Part shown: one piece after another, positions 18,604 to 29,314 of the stretch
Layout of the letters: each line of letters opens with the position of its first letter
Position numbering within the stretch: position 1 is the stretch's first letter
DNA from: a bacterium
Lineage (GTDB): Bacteria; SAR324; XYD2-FULL-50-16
Direction: 5' to 3'
DNA: 64,000 bases
Assembly (NCBI GenBank): GCA_032250835.1
Contig: JAVVEA010000012.1
Span: 32,001 to 96,000 of the forward strand
Program-made: the position numbers and the translations under genes
Notes under the pieces: model-generated
The model's input: only the letters and a program-made list of their open reading frames with translations
Database searches by the model: none
What the model was told of the DNA's origin: nothing

Positions 18604-21333
18604 ATGGAATGGAACCGACGTGAGTTTATCAAGCGCAGCCTCGCCGCCAGCGCGGCCTTGGCGGTGGGGATTGAGCTTCCGCTAGGCTGGTCTGAAGCCT
18701 TGGCCGCCCAGGCTGATTGGAACTGGGACCGGGCGGTTTGCCGTTTCTGCGGCACCGGCTGCGCCATCCAGATTGCCACCGAAGGAGACAAGGTGGTCGC
18801 CGTCAAGGGGGACCCTGATTCACCGGTCAACCGTGGCCTACTCTGCGTAAAGGGCTACCACAACGGCTCGATTTTATACGGCAAAGACCGCCTGACCGAG
18901 CCCATGCTGCGCATGAAAAATGGCAAATTCGATAAAAAAGGTGAATTTACGCCCGTCAGTTGGGACCAAGCTTTAGACCAGATGGCCACCCAAATTAAAA
19001 AGGTCTTGGCCACCGACGGACCCGCCGGGATCAGCATGTTTGGCTCTGGGCAATATACCGTTGACGAAGGTTATGCCGCCAATAAACTGATCAAGGCCGG
19101 CCTGCGCAGCAATAACCTAGAACCCAACGCGCGACATTGTATGGCCAGCGCGGTGGTGGGTTTTATCCAGACCTTCGGCATCGACGAACCGCCGGGAAAT
19201 TATGACGACATCGAGGCGACGGACACCCTGGTGCTCTGGGGGGCCAACATGGCCGAGATGCACCCGATCCTTTGGACCCGCGTCACCTCAGCCAAGTTAA
19301 AACGCCCCGAGCGGGTGCAAGTGGTCAACCTAAGCACCTACCGCAACCGTTGTTCGGACTTGGCGGATTTGGAGATCATCTTTGCGCCCAACACGGACTT
19401 GGCGATTTTTAACTACATCGCCCGCGAACTATTGCAGCAAAAGGCGGTGGACTGGGACTTTGTCAACCAACACTGCGTCTTCGCTGCTGGACCGACGGAC
19501 ATTGGTTATGGCTTGCCCAAAAAGGACCGGCGCGAACATGAGGTGATTCTTTCTAAAGCCGGGGCCATTGCGCTGGGCTTAGGAGCCGCCGGGGCCGGAC
19601 AGAAAGTGGCCCAAGAAAACACTGCCACGGCGGGCAAACATTGGGTGATCAGTAAAGAGGAGTTCATTAAGGGCTTAGAGCCCTATGATTTGGACTATGT
19701 AGCCAACTTAGCCAAAGGCGACGCCAGCGAATCGATTGAGAACTTTAAAGCCAAATTGGTGACCCTCGCCGGACTGTACGCCGAAAAAGCCCGCAAAGTG
19801 GTCAGTTTCTGGACCATGGGGATGAACCAGCATGTGCGCGGCAGTTGGGTCAACGAACAGGCCTATATGGTCCATCTGTTGGCAGGCAAGCAGGCGAGCC
19901 CCGGCAATGGGGCCTTTTCCTTGACCGGTCAACCTTCGGCCTGCGGCACCGCCCGCGAAGTGGGCACCTTCAGCCACCGCCTCCCGGCGGACTGGGTGAT
20001 TGCCAACCCGGCACACCGCCAAGCGACCGAGAAGATCTGGAACCTGCCCCAGGGCACGCTCAACCCGGTGCCCGGCAGCCACGCGGTCAAAATCATGCGC
20101 GAGCTAGAATCCGGCAAGATCAAGTTTTTCTGGTCTCAGGTAGCCAACCCCTTCCAGGACTACCCGAACCTCAACCGCGCCATCGCCGCGGCCCGCAAGC
20201 CCGATGCTTTTGTGGTGGTCTCCGACGTCTACCCCACCGTCAGTTGCAAAGTCGCCGATTTGATCCTGCCCTCGGCGATGATCTTTGAAAAATGGGGCGC
20301 ATACGGCAATGCCGAGCGCCGCACCCAGCATTGGCGCGAACAAGTCCCCCCGCCGGGCAACGCCAAAGGGGACACCTGGCAATACCTTGAGTTAGCCAAA
20401 CGCTTTACTTTAGCGGAAGTCTGGGGCGAGACGCCGCTGGCCAAGGCACCGGGCGGAAAATTGCCCAGCCTGTTGGGCCAATTGGGCGCTATGGGCTATA
20501 CCCCCGAAGATAGCCTCTTTGAGGTGCTTTTTAAACGCCCGGGCGCGGCCTTTCCTTGGGACGCCAAAAGCCCCTTGGCCAAGGGGAAGCGAAACCACAT
20601 CGCACAAGAGCAAGGTTATTTTGTGCAAAAGGCGCTTTGGGAGGAATACCGCCGCTTTGGGGACGGACATGGCCATGACCTAGCCCCTTACGATACTTAC
20701 TTTGAGGTGCCCGGTCTGCGCTGGCCGGTGGTGGACGGCAAAGAAACCCCCTGGCGTTACCATCAGGACTACGACCCCTATGTCAAAAAAGGTGAGGGCT
20801 TTAACTTCTATGGTCCCGCCTTTAAAGAACTACCCCAAGGCGACCTCCAGGGAGTGGACGCCAGCGCCCCGAAGGTCAAGCTGTTCGCCTCTAAAGACGC
20901 CCAAGGCCATATCCGAGGCGGCAAAGCCAAGATCTTCTTTCGGCCCTACGCCGACCCGCCGGAGATGCCCGATCAGGAATACGACCTCTGGCTCTGTACG
21001 GGCCGGGTCTTAGAACATTGGCATTCTGGCACCATGACCCGGCGCGTACCCGAGTTGTACCAAGCCGTACCCAACGCCACGGTGGCCCTACACCCCGAAG
21101 ACGCCAAATCTAGGGGACTAAAAAACGGCGATTTGGCCAAAATCGTCTCGCGCCGAGGTGAAGTACAGGCTCGGGTGGAGATCGGCGGACGCAACCAGAT
21201 GCCCCTAGGCAGCGTTTACGTTCCCTGGTTTGACGAACATATATTGATCAACAAACTGACGCTCGACCAGACCTGTCCCATATCAAAACAAACGGACTAT
21301 AAGAAGTGCGCCGTTAAACTGACCAAGGTATAG
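18604..21333 (+). CDS. napA: Periplasmic nitrate reductase catalytic subunit
   Basis: Tat motif [15 protein letters not shown]...LLCVKG 4Fe-4S site; [10 protein letters not shown] Mo ligand; [22 protein letters not shown] end; ATG at 18604 follows AGGGGA. Confidence 0.95.
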   Translation: MEWNRREFIKRSLAASAALAVGIELPLGWSEALAAQADWNWDRAVCRFCGTGCAIQIATEGDKVVAVKGDPDSPVNRGLLCVKGYHNGSILYGKDRLTEPMLRMKNGKFDKKGEFTPVSWDQALDQMATQIKKVLATDGPAGISMFGSGQYTVDEGYAANKLIKAGLRSNNLEPNARHCMASAVVGFIQTFGIDEPPGNYDDIEATDTLVLWGANMAEMHPILWTRVTSAKLKRPERVQVVNLSTYRNRCSDLADLEIIFAPNTDLAIFNYIARELLQQKAVDWDFVNQHCVFAAGPTDIGYGLPKKDRREHEVILSKAGAIALGLGAAGAGQKVAQENTATAGKHWVISKEEFIKGLEPYDLDYVANLAKGDASESIENFKAKLVTLAGLYAEKARKVVSFWTMGMNQHVRGSWVNEQAYMVHLLAGKQASPGNGAFSLTGQPSACGTAREVGTFSHRLPADWVIANPAHRQATEKIWNLPQGTLNPVPGSHAVKIMRELESGKIKFFWSQVANPFQDYPNLNRAIAAARKPDAFVVVSDVYPTVSCKVADLILPSAMIFEKWGAYGNAERRTQHWREQVPPPGNAKGDTWQYLELAKRFTLAEVWGETPLAKAPGGKLPSLLGQLGAMGYTPEDSLFEVLFKRPGAAFPWDAKSPLAKGKRNHIAQEQGYFVQKALWEEYRRFGDGHGHDLAPYDTYFEVPGLRWPVVDGKETPWRYHQDYDPYVKKGEGFNFYGPAFKELPQGDLQGVDASAPKVKLFASKDAQGHIRGGKAKIFFRPYADPPEMPDQEYDLWLCTGRVLEHWHSGTMTRRVPELYQAVPNATVALHPEDAKSRGLKNGDLAKIVSRRGEVQARVEIGGRNQMPLGSVYVPWFDEHILINKLTLDQTCPISKQTDYKKCAVKLTKV

Positions 21334-21338
21334 GAGGT

Positions 21339-21824
21339 ATGATGAAAGTTACCGCAACGATCTTCTTAGCCCTTGGATTTCTCTTGGCTGCCTGTTCGAG
21401 CGCCAATCAGGCGGGCTGTCAGTCCTTTTCCTTGCGCCAAGACTGCCTCAGCAAGACCGCCAAGCCCCTGCCTGCGCCGGTCTATAGCTCCCAAGGGGCT
21501 GGAGAAAGCCAGCTGCTTGTGCGCTCCTTTGCCACCGCTCCGCCCCAAATCCCCCATGACATGGAGGGATTACCGGTCACTAGAGAGGCCAATATGTGTC
21601 TGACTTGCCACTATCCGGGCGGCTCAGGGGTGCCGGGCCTGCCCGCTAGCCACCGGAGCCAGCCCAAGATTGCCTTAGGCCATACCCAAGGCTCACCCCA
21701 GTACACCCGCGTAACAGGGCGCGAACCGGCCCCCGAGGGCTTCGACCAAGCCCGGTATTTCTGCAACCAATGCCACGTCCCCCAAGCAGGCAACTTAAAG
21801 CCCTTGGTGGAAAACCAATTTTAA
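21339..21824 (+). CDS. napB: Periplasmic nitrate reductase diheme cytochrome c subunit
   Basis: RSFATAPPQIPH, CLTCH, RYFCNQCHVPQ, PLVENQF; lipobox-like LAAC. Confidence 0.92.
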   Translation: MMKVTATIFLALGFLLAACSSANQAGCQSFSLRQDCLSKTAKPLPAPVYSSQGAGESQLLVRSFATAPPQIPHDMEGLPVTREANMCLTCHYPGGSGVPGLPASHRSQPKIALGHTQGSPQYTRVTGREPAPEGFDQARYFCNQCHVPQAGNLKPLVENQF

Positions 21825-21894
21825 CCCACCGGGCCCAGGCGTTAGCGGTTTCCTGGGCCTTGGGCTACCCTGGCGGTCGGGGGGCTTTATGGAG

Positions 21895-23643
21895 TTAGGC
21901 GGCGGGCTTGGGCCAAAGGGGGCGTAGGGCGGCCAGCAGCTTGTCTTTACCCAGCGGCTTGTTGAGGTAGCCGGAAAAAAGCTGTTCATCGGCTATAGAG
22001 GCCAGCTCTTGGGGGGAATAGGAACTGAGCGTTAAAATCCAGGGGGCAGGGGTCGGTAGACTTTTGATGCGGCGCGCCGCCTCGATGCCGTTCATTTCGG
22101 GCATGTCAATATCCATCAAGACCACCTCAAAGCGGTGGGCCTGCATTTTTTCTAGGGCCTCTAACCCGTTGCGAGCGGTAACGAACTCAAGGCCCAGGTC
22201 CTTTAGCTGAGAGCTGCTACTTTCCAAGTGCAGTGGGTTGTCGTCTACAATCAAAATCGGTCGTTGGGCGAGGCGCGCTAAAATCGCCTGGTCCGTTTGG
22301 GTGAGCGCCAGGGTATCGGCGTTGCCTTTAGGTAGGGTAAACCAAAACTGACTGCCCTGGCCCAGTTGGCTATCCACGCCGATTTGTCCGCCCTGACGCG
22401 CCACAAATTCAGCGCATAAGATCAGCCCCAAACCAGACCCGGCCTCACTCTGGGTGCCGAGACTCGAATGGGTTTTGCGGTCAATGGAAAAGAGGTCGGC
22501 CTGAGCCGTTGGCGCAATCCCTACGCCCGAATCAGCCACCGTCACCTTAAGAAAGTCCCCGCAGGCTTCCGCACTGAGCCGGATTTCCCCCTTTTGGTCG
22601 GTGAACTTTAGGGCATTGCCCAGCAGGTTACGTAAGATAGTGGTCACCATTTCCTGGTCCGCATAGGCCACCTGTGACGGGTCAATTTGGCCCATCAAGC
22701 GGACCTGCTTTTGCTGGGCGGCCTGTTGGTATAGGTCCAAACAGGCCTTTTGCGGCTGCGCTAAAGAGAAGTGGGTGGGCGCAAATTCAAGGTTCCCCTT
22801 TTGGCTGCGGGACCAAAGCAGTAAGTTTTCCAGTAATTGGTGGGTGCTTTTGGTGGTGCTGCGGATGGTTTGTAAGAGGTCCTCTTCTAGATCCTGGGCG
22901 TGATGGATCACGTCACTAAAAATCACTGCCAAGCTGCCGATAGGGCCGCGGAGGTCGTGGGCGATGATCGTAAAAAACTTATTTTTGGTGTCCACCGCCT
23001 CTTGCAGTTGGGCGGCGGTCAACGAAAGCCGCGCCTTAGATTCGATCTCCGACAAGGCCACGGTAGACACATTCCAGCCCTTCAGCACCACAATCCCAAA
23101 GCCCGCCCAAGTGGCCGCTAAAATCCCCAAGTAGATTGGGCTGTGGTGCAAGATCAGATAAAGGCTCCAAGGCACCATTACCGATATATCCAGCGCCAGA
23201 AAATAACCGGGCATGATGGCATAAGTCATGACGCCAACGGTGACCATCACCATCATGACGATCATCAGAAAAAAGATCCCTACCGATTGATTGTTGGGCA
23301 AAAAGAAGGGGCTGATGCCATATTGCAATCCAATCCCACAGCCGACCCAAACCCGGCGGCGGGCAAGGCGTAGCAGTTCAGCTTCATGTAGCTTTTGGGT
23401 GCTTTGGCGGCGAGAAAGCCAGAGCACAAAAACCACAAAGGCCAGCATCAAACCCAACAGCCCAGCCGCCTGATACCAAGGGGTACCCGAAAGATAGAGG
23501 ATCAGCGTCAAGGTAAAAGACCCAATGACCGCCTTAGACATATTGTCTGTAGAATGCCTAAAAAACTGGTCTACCCGCGCGTGGAAGATTTCTTTTTCCA
23601 GCGGGCTTTCAGGTAACCGAAGCAGGCCTTCTTTTAGCTTCAT
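21895..23643 (-). CDS. Membrane-bound hybrid sensor histidine kinase/response regulator
   Basis: Multi-TM N-terminus; H-box IIAHDLRGP; N-box NLLGNALKF; DSGVG and GSGLGL; receiver domain IVDD...LMDIDMP...KP. Confidence 0.92.
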   Translation of the reverse strand: MKLKEGLLRLPESPLEKEIFHARVDQFFRHSTDNMSKAVIGSFTLTLILYLSGTPWYQAAGLLGLMLAFVVFVLWLSRRQSTQKLHEAELLRLARRRVWVGCGIGLQYGISPFFLPNNQSVGIFFLMIVMMVMVTVGVMTYAIMPGYFLALDISVMVPWSLYLILHHSPIYLGILAATWAGFGIVVLKGWNVSTVALSEIESKARLSLTAAQLQEAVDTKNKFFTIIAHDLRGPIGSLAVIFSDVIHHAQDLEEDLLQTIRSTTKSTHQLLENLLLWSRSQKGNLEFAPTHFSLAQPQKACLDLYQQAAQQKQVRLMGQIDPSQVAYADQEMVTTILRNLLGNALKFTDQKGEIRLSAEACGDFLKVTVADSGVGIAPTAQADLFSIDRKTHSSLGTQSEAGSGLGLILCAEFVARQGGQIGVDSQLGQGSQFWFTLPKGNADTLALTQTDQAILARLAQRPILIVDDNPLHLESSSSQLKDLGLEFVTARNGLEALEKMQAHRFEVVLMDIDMPEMNGIEAARRIKSLPTPAPWILTLSSYSPQELASIADEQLFSGYLNKPLGKDKLLAALRPLWPKPAA

Positions 23644-24471
23644 TGCTTGTTAGTTTTTAGGGCGAACAAAAAAAGATTTGAGCCCAAACCTCATTAGCCG
23701 GGTCTTCCGGGTCCCTTCAGGATAAACCTACCTATAACCTAGTCATTTGGAGATTCCTATTGGTAGATGTTCTTAAGCTCAAAGTTGATTTTACGAGCCT
23801 AAAGCCCCCTACTGCGTTCCAACCATTATTGCGGACCAGGACTCTTTTTGTCTTACTTTTCTAGAGCAAAGCGGCAAAAGCCCTTTTAAAACCAACAAAT
23901 AACCATATAATCATTGACTTATAAAGTCTGCCGAAACGTCATTTGCCGGGCCCTTGATTGAATATAAATCTAGCTGAAGGCCCCGCTTTGCGGGTCAATT
24001 CAAATCCGGCTAGGGGGCTCGGAGGACTCCACTCCTTTTTGGTTTTACCGAAAGGCCCAGGATTGGACCACCAAAGACCAGATGCCCGGGGCAGGCAACC
24101 CCCAAATCACTGGGGTAAAAGACCTATTTATTATAGCTTGGGGGCATACCTAAGGGGGTCGAGTTTACGGACCCAGGGTCTTTAAAAATAGCCCCCCTAA
24201 CCTTTACCATAGGGCAGCCTGCTTGAGACCCGCCAAGGGCCTTTTCTTTTGAACTCAGCTAGGGCAAAGCACCGGTAGTCTCCCGCTGTCCATTGCTTGA
24301 GGGAATATTTTGATTGTAGCTAGGGGGGAGTTGATCTACAATCAACTACATGGGTCACCGGCCCAATTACCTGATACCGCCTCAGCGCGCCCAACATACC
24401 CCTTTGGGGTATTCGGTACGAGACCGTCCGCTTGGTTTATCCGCAAGTTCAACACAATTGGAGTTTACCGC

Positions 24472-25374
24472 ATGATCACAATTTCCGTAAAAGAGTGGGA
24501 ACGACGCAAACACTTTGTTCAATTTGAAGAAGAAGACATCACTCGGCTCAAAGAGTTGCTTCCGGTGGTGGAGAAGCAGGTAGATAAAGTGGTCGAACAG
24601 CTTTACGAAAACTTTGAAGCTATCCCCGAGCTCTCTCGGATTTTGCATGCCGAAGAAGGCCGCCTTGAAAAACTCAAGCGGATGCAGCGCGCCTATTTTC
24701 TCCAACTCTTTGAGGGCGACTACGGCTCTGACTACCTGAACAACCGCCTAAAAGTGGGGATGGCCCACCACCGCATCAATTTAGGGGTCGATTGGTATCT
24801 AGGGGCTTACTCAATGTACATCCGCTTGGTGATGCCGATCATCTTAGATCACTACAAGAAAGACCCGGCCAAAGGCCAAGCGGCCTTTGCTTCGGCCATC
24901 AAAATCATCCACCTAGACCAAGACGTGGCCATTTCCACTTACCTCTCGGCCCGTGAAGAGGTGATTGCCGAACAGTCCGAAGAGATCTTAGAGCTCTCGA
25001 CCCCCGTAGTGCAGCTCTGGGACGGTATCGTCGCCGCCCCGATTATCGGCACCTTAGATAGCCAGCGGACCCAACTCTTTATGGAGCGTTTGCTGCAAAC
25101 CATCGTGGACACCAAGTCGCCGGTGGCGCTGGTGGACATCACCGGCGTGCCCGCCATCGACACCGCCACGGCCCAACATCTGATCGACACCATCAACGCC
25201 GTCAAATTACTGGGCTCTACGGTGGTGATCACCGGAGTCAGCCCCTCCATCGCCCAGACCTTGGTGCATTTGGGCATCGACCTTTCGGACATCTTGACCC
25301 GCTCGAGTCTGGCCGAAGGCCTCAAGGTGGCGCTCAAGCAACTTAATCTGGTGATGACCACCAAGGGGGCTTGA
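24472..25374 (+). CDS. rsbR: Stressosome RsbR with N-terminal protoglobin (globin-coupled sensor) domain and STAS domain
   Basis: Globin: LKRMQRAYFLQLF...YLNNRLKVGMAHHRINL...WYLGAY; STAS: ELSTPV, PIIGTLDS, DITGVPAIDT; ATG at 24472 follows GGAG. Confidence 0.9.
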   Translation: MITISVKEWERRKHFVQFEEEDITRLKELLPVVEKQVDKVVEQLYENFEAIPELSRILHAEEGRLEKLKRMQRAYFLQLFEGDYGSDYLNNRLKVGMAHHRINLGVDWYLGAYSMYIRLVMPIILDHYKKDPAKGQAAFASAIKIIHLDQDVAISTYLSAREEVIAEQSEEILELSTPVVQLWDGIVAAPIIGTLDSQRTQLFMERLLQTIVDTKSPVALVDITGVPAIDTATAQHLIDTINAVKLLGSTVVITGVSPSIAQTLVHLGIDLSDILTRSSLAEGLKVALKQLNLVMTTKGA

Positions 25375-25375
25375 G

Positions 25376-25738
25376 ATGTACGAAGGTTCCATTTCGGTCA
25401 TTAAAATCCGCAATGTTTTGTTGGTCACCGTGCCCCCGGACCCGGACGACGAGCTGATCAACCAACTGCAAGAGCGGGTGTTGCAGATCCTAGATCAGTC
25501 CAAGGCCAAGGGCGTGATCATGGACATTTCGACGGTAGATATTTTGGATTCATTTTTCGCCCACACCTTGGTTGAGACGGCCAAGATGATTGCCCTGATG
25601 GGCGGTCGGACCATCATCAGCGGGATGAACCCCAGCGTGGCGGTCACGGCGACCCAACTGGGCCTAACCTTTGGTGATATCGATACGGAATTGGATGTGG
25701 ATTCTGCCTTAGACCGGATGGAAGCAAGCGAGGATTGA
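25376..25738 (+). CDS. rsbS: Stressosome RsbS (single STAS domain)
   Basis: DISTVDILDSF (Ser59-equivalent); LMGGRTIISGMNPSVA. Confidence 0.88.
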   Translation: MYEGSISVIKIRNVLLVTVPPDPDDELINQLQERVLQILDQSKAKGVIMDISTVDILDSFFAHTLVETAKMIALMGGRTIISGMNPSVAVTATQLGLTFGDIDTELDVDSALDRMEASED

Positions 25739-25742
25739 CCCT

Positions 25743-26159
25743 ATGGCTTTTACTCCTCTCGAAGAGGGCTTTGAATTTGTGCCCATTAAGACCGAGTCGG
25801 ATATTGTGCGCAGCCGCAAGGTGATCCGCACTTTAGCCAGCAAGATGGGCTTCCGGTTGACCGATGTGACGCGCATCGTCACCGCCGCTAGTGAATTGGC
25901 CCGAAATATTTACAAATACGCCGATCAAGGGCAGATGTGTTACCGGGAATTGCAGATCAACGGTAAGCTTTGGCTTGAGCTGGTTTTCGAAGACCAGGGG
26001 CCGGGGATTGAAGACGTTGAAATGGCCATGGGCGAGGGCTATAGTAGCTCGGGTAGCTTGGGCCTGGGATTGCCCGGAACCAAGCGCTTGGTCGACGAAA
26101 TGGAGATTGAAAGCGAAGCCGGTGTGGGTACCCGGATCACTTTACGCAAGAAGGTCTAA
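25743..26159 (+). CDS. rsbT: RsbT Ser/Thr kinase
   Basis: TAASELARNI, DQGPGI, GYSS...LGLGLPGTKRLVDE. Confidence 0.92.
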   Translation: MAFTPLEEGFEFVPIKTESDIVRSRKVIRTLASKMGFRLTDVTRIVTAASELARNIYKYADQGQMCYRELQINGKLWLELVFEDQGPGIEDVEMAMGEGYSSSGSLGLGLPGTKRLVDEMEIESEAGVGTRITLRKKV

Positions 26160-27182
26160 TTGTCCGTTGAAAAAAGTGATCAAGTTATCTTTTTAATCAG
26201 CAATAAAGGGGAGGCCACCCTGGCGAAGCGCCGGGTGCGGTCTTTTGCCTTAGACTTAGGCTTTGCTGACGACCTAGCCGAAAAGCTGGCCATAGTGGTC
26301 GCCGAGTTGGCTTCGAACCTACTCAAACACGTCGGCGAAGGCCACCTGTTGGTTAGCCGCCTGCGTGAAGGCGAACAGTTTGGGATCGAGATCGAGTCGG
26401 TTGACCAAGGTCCGGGGCTCTCGGCGCTCGGTGACTCCTTTGCCGACGGTTTTTCTACGGCCGGTACCCTGGGCAATGGCCTAGGTAGCATCAACCGGAT
26501 CATGGACGATTTGGAAATGCTGCCGGGGCACCATAAGGGCTTAAGGATCATCGCGCGCAAATGGATCCACCGGCCAGGCAAAACGGCGGGGTTGGTTTGC
26601 CCCTTTGACATCGGCGTAGCCAGCCGCCCGCACCCCAAGATGAGTGTCAACGGAGACAACTTTTTGGTGCGTAGTGGCCCGGACTTTAGCTTTGCTTGTG
26701 TGATCGATGGGGTGGGCCATGGGCAATTCGCCTTCAAGGCGGCTATCTCGGCGCGCAACTATTTAGAAGGCCATTTCCACAAGCCTATGACCCAGCTATT
26801 CCAAGGTGCCGCTCGGGCCTGCGCCTCTACTAGGGGGGCGGTAATGGCCGCCTTGACGCTGGACTGGCGGACCCACCGGATTAGCTTTGCCAGCGTGGGC
26901 AATATCGAAATCCGCGTCAAGGGGCCCAAAAGTTATAGTTTTATCCACCGTCGGGGCGTGGTGGGCAGCCGGATGCCCCCCTTTAAGCCCCAAGAAGAAG
27001 TTTGGGAGCCCGGGACCTTGATGGTGCTGTTTTCCGACGGTATCCGAACCTCTTGGACCTGGGATGAGTTTGCCGACCTATATAACGAACCCTCCAGCAA
27101 GATCGCCTCAGCCATGCTCAACAAACTGGCCCGAGACAATGACGACGCGACCGTAATGGTGATTAAGGACAAAAAGTCATGA
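26160..27182 (+). CDS. RsbT-like HATPase fused to a SpoIIE/PP2C phosphatase (RsbX-type)
   Basis: ELASNLLKH...DQGPG...GNGLG followed by NGD, IDGVGHG, FSDG and DDAT PP2C motifs; TTG start immediately after the rsbT stop. Confidence 0.85.
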   Translation: MSVEKSDQVIFLISNKGEATLAKRRVRSFALDLGFADDLAEKLAIVVAELASNLLKHVGEGHLLVSRLREGEQFGIEIESVDQGPGLSALGDSFADGFSTAGTLGNGLGSINRIMDDLEMLPGHHKGLRIIARKWIHRPGKTAGLVCPFDIGVASRPHPKMSVNGDNFLVRSGPDFSFACVIDGVGHGQFAFKAAISARNYLEGHFHKPMTQLFQGAARACASTRGAVMAALTLDWRTHRISFASVGNIEIRVKGPKSYSFIHRRGVVGSRMPPFKPQEEVWEPGTLMVLFSDGIRTSWTWDEFADLYNEPSSKIASAMLNKLARDNDDATVMVIKDKKS

Positions 27183-29314
27183 GAGACAACGTCAATCTTG
27201 AGGAATTACAAGAATACATTGCCTCCTTAGAACTAGAGCTCGAAGAGACCCAGGCGGGGTTGGTGGCCTTGACCATGGAGCTGACCAGCGCCGAAGAAAA
27301 GTACCGGGGCATCATCGAAAACAGCCTAGAGGGCGTGTGTCGGGTGGACCGCGAAGGGACCTTCGAATTGGTCAACCCCGCCTTGATCGAAATGTTGGGC
27401 TACCAAGACGAAGACGACTTGCTGACCCATTGCTCAAAGATCAGTCAGGTCTTAGAAGAGCCCGATTCGCACCAATTGCTGCTAACCTATTTGGCGCGCA
27501 AGAAGGTCCAAGCCAACTGGGAAACGAGGTTGCGCAGCAAAAGCGGCCAATTGATCTGGGTCAGTCAGAACATCCACCAAATCACCGACAAGAACGGCCA
27601 GTGCATTGGCTACGAGGCCTTGATCAGCGACATCAGCCGCCAAAAGTTTTATGAAGAAAAGCTCAAGCTGCTGGCGATGGTCTTTGAGCACAGCATCGAA
27701 GGGGTGGTGATCACCGACGACCACGAGACGATCTTAGAGGTCAACGCTGCCTTTAGCCAAATCACCGGATATACGGCCCACGAAGCGATTGGCAAGACGC
27801 CTCACCTACTCTTTTCAGGCTGGCAGGATAAGAACTTTTACCAAGACTTTTGGGACAAGATCAACGGCGAAGGGATCTGGCAGGGCGAGATGAACAACCG
27901 CCGCAAAGGGGGCGAGCTTTATAAAGAATGGCTGACGGTCTGCGCCATCAAGAGCGGGGGACGGGTCCAAAACCTCATTGGAATCTTCACGGACATCACC
28001 GAAAAGAAACGCGCCGAAGCCCGCATCCATGAGTTGGCCTTTTATGACATCCTGACCAAGCTACCGAACCGATATCTATTCCAAGATCGCCTGCGCCACC
28101 GCTTAGATACGGCCAAACGCAACGACCAACGCTTTGCGGTGATGTTCATCGATCTAGACAACTTCAAGCTGATCAACGACACCTTCGGGCACTTTGTGGG
28201 CGACCTTTTCTTGCAAGAAGTAGCCGAACGCATCAGTTCGGTGGTGCGCCAAGAAGACACGGTGGCCCGCCTGGGCGGTGACGAGTTCACCATCATTTTA
28301 GAACAACTGACCGCCCCCGAGCAGGCGGCGGTGATCGCCGAAAAGGTTTTAGAGCAGCTTTGTCTGCCCTATACCTTAGAAGGACAAGAGGTCTTCTCGG
28401 GCGCTAGTATCGGCATCGCGGTCTTCCCTGATGACGGAGTCTCGGCCCAGGAACTGACCCAAAAGGCCGATGCGGCCATGTACGACATCAAAAACAAGGG
28501 CAAAAAGGGCTTTCAGTTTTACACCGAAGAGATCAACACCAAGGCGACGCTGCAAATCCAACTAGAGTCAGACCTCCGCCGGGCTTTGATCAACGGGGAT
28601 TTTATCTTAAACTATCAGCCCCAGTTTGCCGTAGACTCAGACCAGATCATCTCCACCGAAGCACTGATCCGGTGGAACCATGCCGAACGCGGGGTGGTGC
28701 CGCCTTCGGAGTTCATTCCCTACTCCGAACAATCTTCGCTGATTGAGAATATCGGCAAGTGGGTCTTGTTTAAGGCCTGTGAACAGAACCAACGGTGGGT
28801 TCGATTGATCAACCGCCCGATCCGCATTGCGGTGAACCTATCGGCGCGTCAGTTGCGCCAAAAGGACTTGGTGGAAACTGTTGAGGAGGTCTTGAACGTC
28901 ACCGGGATGGAGGCCAAGCTGTTGGAATTGGAGCTGACCGAATCGACGGTAATGGACGACCCCGAAGAATCCATCAAGGTCTTAAAACGGCTTAAGGCGA
29001 TGGGCATCCGGCTGTCGGTAGACGACTTCGGTACCGGATACTCTTCGCTCAACTACCTCAAGCGGCTGCCTATCGACCGGGTAAAGATCGATTATTCCTT
29101 TGTCCGCGACTTAGTGGACGACAACGAGAACCAAGCGATTGTGCGGGCTATCTTGGCGCTGTCTAAGAGTTTGAACCTAGACGTGATCGCTGAGGGGGTG
29201 GAGACCGCCGAGCAACTGGAATTCCTGGCCCAAGCCGGTTGCGACGAGGTCCAGGGCTTCTTTTTAGGCCGCCCGGTTAGCGCCGAAGAAGTGACCCAAC
29301 GGCTGCTTTCTTAG
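27179..29314 (+). CDS. PAS-PAS-GGDEF-EAL diguanylate cyclase/phosphodiesterase
   Basis: Two PAS domains; RQED I-site, [34 protein letters not shown] overlap with the phosphatase gene. Confidence 0.93.
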   Translation: MRDNVNLEELQEYIASLELELEETQAGLVALTMELTSAEEKYRGIIENSLEGVCRVDREGTFELVNPALIEMLGYQDEDDLLTHCSKISQVLEEPDSHQLLLTYLARKKVQANWETRLRSKSGQLIWVSQNIHQITDKNGQCIGYEALISDISRQKFYEEKLKLLAMVFEHSIEGVVITDDHETILEVNAAFSQITGYTAHEAIGKTPHLLFSGWQDKNFYQDFWDKINGEGIWQGEMNNRRKGGELYKEWLTVCAIKSGGRVQNLIGIFTDITEKKRAEARIHELAFYDILTKLPNRYLFQDRLRHRLDTAKRNDQRFAVMFIDLDNFKLINDTFGHFVGDLFLQEVAERISSVVRQEDTVARLGGDEFTIILEQLTAPEQAAVIAEKVLEQLCLPYTLEGQEVFSGASIGIAVFPDDGVSAQELTQKADAAMYDIKNKGKKGFQFYTEEINTKATLQIQLESDLRRALINGDFILNYQPQFAVDSDQIISTEALIRWNHAERGVVPPSEFIPYSEQSSLIENIGKWVLFKACEQNQRWVRLINRPIRIAVNLSARQLRQKDLVETVEEVLNVTGMEAKLLELELTESTVMDDPEESIKVLKRLKAMGIRLSVDDFGTGYSSLNYLKRLPIDRVKIDYSFVRDLVDDNENQAIVRAILALSKSLNLDVIAEGVETAEQLEFLAQAGCDEVQGFFLGRPVSAEEVTQRLLS

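Noticed and set aside
24255-24300. c-di-GMP-I riboswitch (AGGGCAAA start)
   Set aside because: No GAAA-capped P2 stem or downstream GCAAAGC/receptor elements
24329-24347. FNR box upstream of rsbR
   Set aside because: TTGAT and ATCAA are 5 nt apart, not the required 4
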